Source: a virus
Lineage: Duplodnaviria > Caudoviricetes
Virus record (IMG/VR): IMGVR_UViG_3300008262_000063
Span: 1 to 60,342 of that record
DNA length: 60,342 bases
Direction: 5' to 3' (one strand)
In this document: piece after piece, positions 52,795 through 60,342 of the stretch
Numbering within the stretch: position 1 is the stretch's first letter
Layout: each line of letters starts with the position of its first letter
Translations under genes and position numbers: made by a program
Notes under the pieces: model-generated
Databases searched by the model: none
What the model was told of the DNA's origin: nothing
The model's input: only the letters and a program-made list of their open reading frames with translations

Positions 52795-53499
52795 TTAAAA
52801 ACATGAGCCTTCAGAGACTGTAATAGTTGATTTTGCTTTAACTCTGTAAAGAATTGTCCAGCCTGTGAAGTTTTGATTGATACCTGGAATAGGTGGATAT
52901 GATGGATTTGAATTAAATGTTGTTATACTATTTGTAGTAAAAATACTTGTTGACGATCCTGAAACTGACCACCCCCCATTATTTGGTATTAATGGATCAT
53001 AATAAACAATTTCTTGTCCCGTTGGGTCGGAAATCCACTTTGGATAACCATTTAACGTCCCATCAGGTACAAAATTAAATGAATATTGTTCTGTTATTGT
53101 TCCATCAATTGACGTTACTGTAATTGTCATACAGAACGAATATACTTCATATGGTGGTAAAGTTGTTGTTGAAGTGGTAGTTGTTGTAGTTGCGGGAGGT
53201 CCTCCGACAGTACAACTGGTAGTCACCATAAAATCACCATAATAATCAGTAATTGATGCTGTGTATGTACCAACAGATAAATTACCTATAGTTTGTCCAC
53301 CCTGAATTGTTTGTCCATTTGGATATGTCCATTTTATAGTATACGGAATTGTACCACCAGTAATACCAAGAGTAATAAAGCCATTGGATAAACTCTCTTT
53401 TCCTGTAACATTTGTTACATTACATTTTACTATCATTGGTGCCACAGTAAAAATACTACAACTATTAACAGGTAAGTATCCAGGATTTTGGTATGCCAT
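52795..53499 (-). CDS. SprB-repeat protein with poly-Thr linker (234 aa)
   Basis: 'NGFITLGITGGTIPYTIKW...NLSVGTYTASITDY' then 'PPATTTTTTSTTTLPP'. Confidence 0.7.
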   Translation of the reverse strand: MAYQNPGYLPVNSCSIFTVAPMIVKCNVTNVTGKESLSNGFITLGITGGTIPYTIKWTYPNGQTIQGGQTIGNLSVGTYTASITDYYGDFMVTTSCTVGGPPATTTTTTSTTTLPPYEVYSFCMTITVTSIDGTITEQYSFNFVPDGTLNGYPKWISDPTGQEIVYYDPLIPNNGGWSVSGSSTSIFTTNSITTFNSNPSYPPIPGINQNFTGWTILYRVKAKSTITVSEGSCF

Positions 53500-53523
53500 A
53501 AAATTTATTTTCTATAAATAGAT

Positions 53524-54504
53524 TTATTGTTCATTTTTTATGACATTTTTCATTTGTTCAATATATTTTATGGTTGAACTGTTTTTTTCGATATAATCGA
53601 AAAAGTTTGGATTCTCTTTTAGTTTTAATAATGGATTAACATTAATAAATTCGCCTTTATAAAATTTAGAGGGCTTCAAATCTTCGGTAACACCCGCCAT
53701 GTGTAAAATTGGATGTTTTTCATATGTTGCAATTGTATCTGTCGCCCAAGAAAAACTTAAATCATTAACAATCCTTGTTTCATGTCCTGTCCGCCACAAA
53801 TTCCAAAGAACCGCCCACATATCGGCCGTCCATATTTGAAGATCTCCTGATGGAATTCTATGTCTCATATTAAACTCATAAAGTTTACGATATAGAACCT
53901 CACAATCAGTGAAAACCTTTTCCCAAAAAGTATAATCTGTATTTTTTATAAGGTATTGAGCCCCACCAGAATTCTTATTATTTTCTTTTACCACTTCAAC
54001 GGGGATATCAATAATATCGGACATTAATTGAATCAATTGTCCTTTAGATAAGTTTGGATGGTGGGTTTCGTATCTTTGACAACATCCCATGATATAATCA
54101 TAACTGATATAACTAAGAGTGTCTGATAAATATACAACATCATCTTGTAATAATTTATCAAAATCGGGTAGTTGTCTGAAAATTATATCAGAGTCATGAT
54201 AGAAATAATATTTACCTAATTCAGGATATTCTTTTAACCATCTTGAAAGAGCTAATGGTCTTAAACTTGGGATATATTTTTTATCTTTTCTATCATCAAG
54301 ATAATGATGTATATTAATTCCCAAGTCTTTCATTTTCAAAGATTCCTCAGTTGGGGAGGTATTACCATTAACCATCACAAACAAAACGTGAATATTTTCA
54401 GGTTTGATACCTTTTTCTATGAAATTATTAGTATATACTTTGGTTTGCCAATGAAAATAAGGAATGTCTGGATGAGCAGATACAAAAACTAAATTATTCT
54501 CCAT
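53524..54504 (-). CDS. GT-A glycosyltransferase resembling HPAT/SGT1 (GT95/GT96) protein O-glycosyltransferases
   Basis: 'YFHWQ', 'YIPSLRPLALSRWL', DxD 'HDSDIIF', 'GGAQY', 'WTADMWA', 'ILHMAG', 'FYKGEF', in the same order as the plant family motifs as recalled. Confidence 0.65.
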   Translation of the reverse strand: MENNLVFVSAHPDIPYFHWQTKVYTNNFIEKGIKPENIHVLFVMVNGNTSPTEESLKMKDLGINIHHYLDDRKDKKYIPSLRPLALSRWLKEYPELGKYYFYHDSDIIFRQLPDFDKLLQDDVVYLSDTLSYISYDYIMGCCQRYETHHPNLSKGQLIQLMSDIIDIPVEVVKENNKNSGGAQYLIKNTDYTFWEKVFTDCEVLYRKLYEFNMRHRIPSGDLQIWTADMWAVLWNLWRTGHETRIVNDLSFSWATDTIATYEKHPILHMAGVTEDLKPSKFYKGEFINVNPLLKLKENPNFFDYIEKNSSTIKYIEQMKNVIKNEQ

Positions 54505-54539
54505 AAATTTTTATCAAAAATATAGAGGATAATTTGACT

Positions 54540-55754
54540 TTATAAATAATATAGAATATCCGCAGTACCAACAAAAGTTGCATTCGCTCCCAATGGGGTT
54601 ATACAAATCCACATTTCATCTCTAGTGCCATCAACATTTTGACCCGGTCTAATTTGATTATCATCAATTTTTGTTGTTGTTAAAGCAGATGTCCCCGCTT
54701 CACCAATTAATGATGTCATTATATGACCTGGTGAAGTTATTGTGGGTGTACCATCACCTAATGAGTACTGAAAAGGTGAGTTTGGTATATCAACCCAAGT
54801 TGGTGTTGACGATAAAGTCGGATTAAATTCCATTGACATTAAGTAATTGTCATTTGATGTGTTTAATATACTTATTGAGTCAAATTGTGATGTAACACCA
54901 ATATACCCCTCCTTTAACCTATAACCAATGTATGGATATTTCGTACCTGATAACAACATAGTGGTTGTCGCAGTATAAGGAACTGACACTGTTGAATACA
55001 GTCCGTTTAAAGCACCTTCTGTTGATGTTTGAGAACAAATCATATCAAAATAACCTGAACCAACCCCAACTTGTCTTATCTCGTATCTTATCGGTTGATT
55101 TGGCGATGACATATATACTGTTGGGATATTATTTGCTGCCGTATAATCAATAAAATATATTGTTTGACCAGATAATACCATACCAAATCTCATTCGACCA
55201 ACACCCAACCATTGATAATCAACTGTCATTAAATTAGATTGAGACCAATCAAAATTATTTGGGTTAAATTCAGTAGTACCCCAAGTTGTTGAATCCGCAC
55301 TAAAACTACAAGAACCACTCAAGTAAATATTAAATGTATGCGCACTTGTAACACCATTACTCTCCAAAAAGAAACCATCGAAAACTGAATTATAGGGAGA
55401 ACCAGTTGTTGATTGAAAACATCCAACTCTTTTAATTACATTAGGTTCTATTTGAAAATTACTAAAACTACCTTCAAATAATTGACTTTTACCTGGTTGA
55501 TAAATTGGATGTGTTTTAGTCTTACGAATAACCAAGTCATTGTTAGCTGAGGTTGACATTCTCACTCTTGCATATTGTTGGTCAAATATTGATGTAGCTG
55601 TACCAGCCGTAACCTCACTAACTTGAAGTGGGTTTTTATCAAATGTATGTTTGATATCCAAAAGATTTTGTACTGCGGCAGTCCTTAAACGACCAAAAGC
55701 GTCCAAGTTAGGACCATCTGAATATTTTACTGAGTTATTAAAAATGTATGCCAT
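54540..55754 (-). CDS. Hypothetical virion protein (DAFGRLR motif; possible lectin-like beta-sandwich)
   Basis: 'DAFGRLR...YQPGKSQL...DGFFLE...DYQWLGVGRMRFG' pattern seen in phage structural proteins; the fold is an inference. Confidence 0.55.
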   Translation of the reverse strand: MAYIFNNSVKYSDGPNLDAFGRLRTAAVQNLLDIKHTFDKNPLQVSEVTAGTATSIFDQQYARVRMSTSANNDLVIRKTKTHPIYQPGKSQLFEGSFSNFQIEPNVIKRVGCFQSTTGSPYNSVFDGFFLESNGVTSAHTFNIYLSGSCSFSADSTTWGTTEFNPNNFDWSQSNLMTVDYQWLGVGRMRFGMVLSGQTIYFIDYTAANNIPTVYMSSPNQPIRYEIRQVGVGSGYFDMICSQTSTEGALNGLYSTVSVPYTATTTMLLSGTKYPYIGYRLKEGYIGVTSQFDSISILNTSNDNYLMSMEFNPTLSSTPTWVDIPNSPFQYSLGDGTPTITSPGHIMTSLIGEAGTSALTTTKIDDNQIRPGQNVDGTRDEMWICITPLGANATFVGTADILYYL

Positions 55755-55755
55755 A

Positions 55756-56775
55756 TTATATTAGCCACCAATTATTATTTCTTGCCACCAATGTAAGTGA
55801 CATATAGTTTATGTTCATATCAACGTAAGAATTTCCATCTATTGTTCCGACTGAGGGTGTTATTCGAATCCTATATGAACCAGCATTTCCCCCCTCATCT
55901 TTTATGATTAATTTTAATCCAGTTAAATTTGTTGGGTCAGGTATAGTAACATCAACATTACCTAAATAATTTATTCCATTATAAGTTATACCTGAACTAA
56001 GAGTTATTGCCGATGTTGTTATACCAGTTGTACTAATGAATTGGGTTGAACCTGTTGAATATACTGTACCTGTAACATTTAAATCACCATATATATTGAA
56101 TTCATTACCTGCGGCAAAAACCAAATTACTTCTATTAACACTAGTTGTACCATTACCAATTATGAATGCTGATTGAGTTGATGCTGTTAAATTATACTGT
56201 CCTTGAGCATGTTGAAAACTACCTACAGTAATAGTGCCTAATCCCTCAGAATGAGATCCTGTCCCAATTGAAATTGTATCACTACCCTCAGAGTGTGAAC
56301 TTCCACCTATTGATTGAGTAGTGTCACCTTCAGCGTGAGAATAAGGACCATATGATATTGAATTGATACCCTCACTATGTGAATATCCCCCATTTGATTC
56401 AGTTGTTCTACCTTCAGAATGAGACCAATTACCTGAAGCAATATTTAATCCACCATTCGAAAAAGAGTAATCACCTGATGAAGTATTGGATTGTCCAAAT
56501 GAAAAACTCAATAATCCTGTCGATGTTGAGCCCGTAGATTGAAATGAGTTTTGTATTGTAATTGGAGAACAACCATATATATTTGTGACATAAAAATCAG
56601 TAATACAGTTACCACTACCACCACTGAATGGTGTGAATAAATTAATAAATTGACCTAAAGTTGCTTTATATGAAGAACCTGCAGGATTTTGTGATGTATC
56701 ACCCGTAATTACAATATGAATTAAATCATTCGGAGTAACACCTGTCGCTAAGGTTCTATCAGTAAGAAATGCCAT
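55756..56775 (-). CDS. Fibre protein with YadA-head-like 14-aa repeats
   Basis: About 8 units of S(H/F)(S/A)EG-x9; neck-like 'FIIGNGT...RSN'; C-terminal 'IKDEGGNAG...I.G......INYMSLTLV...NNWWLI'. Confidence 0.7.
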   Translation of the reverse strand: MAFLTDRTLATGVTPNDLIHIVITGDTSQNPAGSSYKATLGQFINLFTPFSGGSGNCITDFYVTNIYGCSPITIQNSFQSTGSTSTGLLSFSFGQSNTSSGDYSFSNGGLNIASGNWSHSEGRTTESNGGYSHSEGINSISYGPYSHAEGDTTQSIGGSSHSEGSDTISIGTGSHSEGLGTITVGSFQHAQGQYNLTASTQSAFIIGNGTTSVNRSNLVFAAGNEFNIYGDLNVTGTVYSTGSTQFISTTGITTSAITLSSGITYNGINYLGNVDVTIPDPTNLTGLKLIIKDEGGNAGSYRIRITPSVGTIDGNSYVDMNINYMSLTLVARNNNWWLI

Positions 56776-56796
56776 TTATTTTTTATTTATAAATAG

Positions 56797-57096
56797 TTAG
56801 GACATAAAGAAATAACCAACACCATCCATAAAATAAAAATCTTCCAGATTCATAAACTCTTTGATGTCTGCGCTACAATATAATACTTTGAATCTTTCAC
56901 AACCATCACTTGTAATTACTTTAACCCCAATAGCTGGTGCGGAATTGAATTGTGGTGGAAGAATAATTGTATTTATTGCTGGCACTGTGGTGGAAATGTA
57001 TGCTAATAAAATACATTGATTACCAAATACATCACAAACGTAAACGGTATATGGTTGATTTAAACCGATGATGTTATTGAATACTAATGCTGTCAT
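56797..57096 (-). CDS. Small Cys-containing Ig/SprB-like module protein (99 aa)
   Basis: 'G..QPYTVYVCD....C...VKVITSDGC'; paralog of 59170-59385. Confidence 0.65.
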   Translation of the reverse strand: MTALVFNNIIGLNQPYTVYVCDVFGNQCILLAYISTTVPAINTIILPPQFNSAPAIGVKVITSDGCERFKVLYCSADIKEFMNLEDFYFMDGVGYFFMS

Positions 57097-59166
57097 TTAT
57101 AATGGATTACAACACATAAATATTACGTAGTTGCGGAACCCCCAATAATTGAGATACATTCCCAAACTTTGGAACGAATTCCCCGCCAAGAACGATGAAG
57201 AAGAACCCAAAGGTAATGAAGGATAACTTGCAGAATATGAAATATATCGCCAACATTCATTTTCATAAGGGAAATCAGTTAAACTGAACACTTGATTAGG
57301 TATTGATGTCGGACCTAACAATGTTTGAATAACATATTCATTTGTTCCACATCTTTGGAATAAATAATACCCGACAGGAGCTGATGACGTTGGTGTAGGT
57401 GTTAATGTTGGAGTAACCGAAGGTGTTGGTGTCGGAGTTGGTGTTAAAGTAACACTTGGAACACAAACTGAACAATCGGCATCCAAATCTAACGGACCGT
57501 CAACCAAATCAATGTAATTCATTCCATTAATTATTAAATCAATACCAACATATGTAATACATCTTGAAATACCATCAACATTCGCTTTGAATACTGATAA
57601 CTGAGATAATGTCCCACCTGATGGTAAAGGTAATGGATTTGAAGCATAATACAAATTACCATTTTCACAATCAATAAATTTCTTACTACTTGGACAATCA
57701 ATTAAACCAAGAACCGTATTGAATGTTACATTACCTGAAACACTACAAGGTCTTGTAACTTCGGGTGAATTGGATGGTGTAATTGTCGGAGTTGGGGTTG
57801 GAGTTGGGGTATAACCACTTATAGTTACATCAATTGCTCTACCGCCACAAGGATCACTTGGTGATGGTGTTGGTGTCATTGTTGGAGTTGTGGAGATTGT
57901 TGGGGTGATACTTGGTGTGGGTGTAACCTCACAATCAAATATTGCATTAAAATCTAACACAGAACAATTAACAGTTGGGGTTGGAGTAGGAGTGGGACAA
58001 GCACCACTGAATACATAAGTGTCACATAAATCAGGACACAATGAACTACAAGGATATTGTCCTTCCAATAAACAAGTTCCATCTAATATTGTTGATAAAC
58101 ACCAAGTTCCACCAGTTGTATAATAGATAACATAACCATTTGTTTCACCACTCCAATAAGGCTCAGAGTTATGAATTCCACCATATTTGAAATAATCATC
58201 ATAACCCAAACCAGTGTCATTAACGCAATAATTAACAATGGGTTGCCTATCAATTAGAATACAATATGGAGTTCCACTACAAGTGTATAAACTATAACCA
58301 CTTGGACAAGTATAACCTGTATTGGTTGTATCACCACTAGATGATAAAGGTATTTCTTGACCAATAAAATCTAAAGTACTGAATAAAGTATTACCACTTA
58401 ATTGAGAATAACTAGTGTACCCACTTAGGGTTGAAACATCTCCACTATAAATCTCGGCACAAAAAGCTGCAAAATCCCCAGTATTTAAACCTTCTAGTTC
58501 AATAATATTTAACCCTGAGTTTAGTGTTATTGGGAATACGTGGTGATTAATGAAAATAAAACTATAACCTGTCATTGATTGTGTTACAGTAGTAAAATTA
58601 CTACTTCTACAATCTACAAGTGTTTGATTATTAACTTTTAATCTAATGTCATTATCAGCAGATAAACCAAAATAATAAGTTCCACCACTAGCAATATCCA
58701 AACAATATGAAAATCCTATCCATTCATTTAGTGGTGGTGCTGGAGTACCTGTTGACGGCCAAATACCCGCATCATTTAGTCTTCCTGTTATTGTTGAACC
58801 TAAACCCCATAAAGAGTTTTGGATTGAAGTTGGTCCATAAGTTCCATCATTATTAACTCCACTACCGACTCCACCAGCTTGCATGTTTAGGATTCTACCA
58901 CTATTATCTAATAAGAATTCTGTACTAAATAAAGGTGTTCCATTTTCAGTTGTTGTACTTCCTGTTGTTCCTGAGTTTGAAATAGGAAATGATAAATTAG
59001 TAATATCTTCGTAAAAGATTACACCTAATTTATTATAAACGGAAACATTACTTGATGCGAAACCAGTGTAGAAATAAGTTCCACCACTTGTTGCTGCGGT
59101 TGTGGTAAATATACAATCATCTGAATCTATGGTTGGGGTATAACCCGATGGACAAGGACAACTCAT
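57097..59166 (-). CDS. Cys-rich protein with PA14-like domain and Pro-Thr repeats (689 aa)
   Basis: 'GTYYFGLSADNDIRLKVNNQ...ITLNSGLNIIELEGLN' is PA14-like; CPSGY motif twice; four PTPTPT linkers. Confidence 0.7.
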   Translation of the reverse strand: MSCPCPSGYTPTIDSDDCIFTTTAATSGGTYFYTGFASSNVSVYNKLGVIFYEDITNLSFPISNSGTTGSTTTENGTPLFSTEFLLDNSGRILNMQAGGVGSGVNNDGTYGPTSIQNSLWGLGSTITGRLNDAGIWPSTGTPAPPLNEWIGFSYCLDIASGGTYYFGLSADNDIRLKVNNQTLVDCRSSNFTTVTQSMTGYSFIFINHHVFPITLNSGLNIIELEGLNTGDFAAFCAEIYSGDVSTLSGYTSYSQLSGNTLFSTLDFIGQEIPLSSSGDTTNTGYTCPSGYSLYTCSGTPYCILIDRQPIVNYCVNDTGLGYDDYFKYGGIHNSEPYWSGETNGYVIYYTTGGTWCLSTILDGTCLLEGQYPCSSLCPDLCDTYVFSGACPTPTPTPTVNCSVLDFNAIFDCEVTPTPSITPTISTTPTMTPTPSPSDPCGGRAIDVTISGYTPTPTPTPTITPSNSPEVTRPCSVSGNVTFNTVLGLIDCPSSKKFIDCENGNLYYASNPLPLPSGGTLSQLSVFKANVDGISRCITYVGIDLIINGMNYIDLVDGPLDLDADCSVCVPSVTLTPTPTPTPSVTPTLTPTPTSSAPVGYYLFQRCGTNEYVIQTLLGPTSIPNQVFSLTDFPYENECWRYISYSASYPSLPLGSSSSFLAGNSFQSLGMYLNYWGFRNYVIFMCCNPL

Positions 59167-59169
59167 TTG

Positions 59170-59385
59170 TTAAACTACTAAATTTGAGATTATTTCACAA
59201 TTATTATCATCAACAACTTTAATATTATATGATAATTGACCATCCATAATTAATGGTACATCAAATGAGTACGTTCCACCACTATAGGTATCAACATAAA
59301 CACAAGTAGTAAGAGGATCATCACAAAGATAAATGTCAAAAGGTGTTGCACCTGAAACTCCATTTATTGTTATTGTTGTTGGCAT
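59170..59385 (-). CDS. Small Cys-containing Ig/SprB-like module protein (71 aa)
   Basis: 'GATPFDIYLCD....C...IKVVDDNNC'; first gene of the minus-strand operon. Confidence 0.7.
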   Translation of the reverse strand: MPTTITINGVSGATPFDIYLCDDPLTTCVYVDTYSGGTYSFDVPLIMDGQLSYNIKVVDDNNCEIISNLVV

Positions 59386-59416
59386 TTGACAAAATTGTTT
59401 TTAATAAATATATTAG
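59385..59416. promoter_or_regulatory. Overlapping divergent promoters: host-type (+, primase) and TATTTAT late motif (-, structural operon)
   Basis: Plus strand TTGACA(59386-91)-N17-TATATT(59409-14). ATAAATA at 59404-59410 reads TATTTAT on the minus strand. Confidence 0.55.
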
Positions 59417-59429
59417 GTAGTAAAACTTT

Positions 59430-60338
59430 GTGAATAATATGTTAGATGATAATGAAATAATAGTGGATTTACTCCGAGACATCTTTGGTAAAGAAAAACA
59501 ACATTATGAATCAAAATGTCAAATTTCACATAATTGTCCTCAGTGTGATGAAGGTAGAAATAAGGGTAATATGGAAATTAACTATTTTAAACATGTGTAT
59601 AAATGTTGGAGTTGTGGTGATACTAATGATATGCACGGATCTTTGGGCAAACTCATAAAGAAATATGGTAAGAAGTCCCACTATAAAACATATTCTTTAT
59701 TAGCACCAGAGGAAATAAAACCAATAAATAAAAAAATACCCAAATTAAAACTACCTGAGAATTTCAAAAAGTTTAATGAAGTTTCAAGTATCTACCCAGT
59801 AAGAAGACAAGCATATAATTATTTAACAAATAGGGGGATAACCGATGAAATGATTGAAAGATATGGAATTGGTTTTTGTGATAATGGAAGTCATGCTGGA
59901 CGAATAATAATCCCCTCCTATGATAAAAAGGATGAATTAAATTATTATATCGCTAGAAGTTGGGATTTACATAGTAGAGCCAAATACAAGAACCCTGAAG
60001 CCGAAAAAGATAAAATCATCTTCTTTGAAAGTTTGATAGATTGGGAAAAAGATATAACTTTGGTTGAAGGAGCGTTTGATTCAATATTCATTCCCAATAG
60101 TATCCCAATGTTAGGAAAACATATGAGTTCATTATTATTTGATACCTTATATGAGAAAGCAAAAGGGGAAATAACGATTGCGTTGGATGGTGATGCTTAT
60201 GAAAATGCGATAAAATTATACCACGAATTAAATGGTGGGAACTTATATGGAAGAATAAGGGTTGTTAAATTACCCCTTGATAAAGATATTGCCGATTTGA
60301 GGGGAAACATTAATGAATATTATATAACAATACGATGA
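59430..60338 (+). CDS. dnaG: DNA primase (DnaG-like; start may be ATG 59439)
   Basis: Zn finger CPQC...CWSC; 'YLTNRGI', 'GRIIIP', 'KYKNP'; TOPRIM 'LVEGAFD', 'LDGDA', 'KDIAD'. Confidence 0.92.
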   Translation: MNNMLDDNEIIVDLLRDIFGKEKQHYESKCQISHNCPQCDEGRNKGNMEINYFKHVYKCWSCGDTNDMHGSLGKLIKKYGKKSHYKTYSLLAPEEIKPINKKIPKLKLPENFKKFNEVSSIYPVRRQAYNYLTNRGITDEMIERYGIGFCDNGSHAGRIIIPSYDKKDELNYYIARSWDLHSRAKYKNPEAEKDKIIFFESLIDWEKDITLVEGAFDSIFIPNSIPMLGKHMSSLLFDTLYEKAKGEITIALDGDAYENAIKLYHELNGGNLYGRIRVVKLPLDKDIADLRGNINEYYITIR

Positions 60339-60342
60339 CAGA

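Noticed and set aside
1067-55153. Short antisense and out-of-frame ORFs in the track (e.g. 2985-3311, 17553-17774, 29100-29432, 47129-47353, 51177-51380)
   Set aside because: They are fully nested in well-supported genes; poly-Gly and poly-Val products simply mirror poly-Pro and poly-Thr codons.
57097-57200. 'GFR'-containing C-terminus as a DGR variable region
   Set aside because: No reverse transcriptase or template repeat is seen in the window, and the protein lacks a CLec-type context.
1-60342. Stop-codon reassignment as in some large phages
   Set aside because: Very long ORFs are intact in code 11, and TAG (1973, 18195) and TGA (60338) end genes at sensible places.
1-60342. tRNA, rRNA or structured ncRNA genes
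   Set aside because: Intergenic gaps are short (under about 80 bp) and hold only promoter or terminator-like elements; no cloverleaf was seen.
60335-60342. Start of a further gene overlapping the primase stop (ATGA)
   Set aside because: Plausible, but only 8 bases lie in the window, so it cannot be supported.

Overview
This is a very AT-rich, densely coding 60 kb segment of a large, probably jumbo, contractile-tailed (myovirus-type) bacteriophage read in standard code 11. A Bacteroidota host is inferred from A-rich leaders without Shine-Dalgarno sites, TAnnTTTG-type promoters, and SprB and DUF285 domains. Gene order is: tail tube (partial), Hef-like homing endonuclease, tail chaperone with a likely +1 frameshift, tape measure, giant baseplate proteins, a replication block (ssb, GT2, recA-like, dam, 5'-3' exonuclease, helicase, nrdB, nrdA), baseplate wedge and fibre genes, a convergent minus-strand operon of Cys-rich, Thr/Pro-rich adhesin-like proteins plus RuvC, and a divergent primase. 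The most interesting candidate system is a glycosyltransferase resembling plant protein O-glycosyltransferases (HPAT/SGT1, GT95/GT96). It lies among genes for virion proteins with mucin-like poly-Thr and Pro-Thr linkers, which suggests a phage-encoded virion O-glycosylation system. Other notable signals are a strand-specific TATTTAT late-promoter motif, an OmpA domain inserted in a tube-initiator fold, a mosaic 75-bp DUF285 repeat array, and a ~60-aa module shared by four genes. All family calls come from motif recognition by eye; no searches were run.
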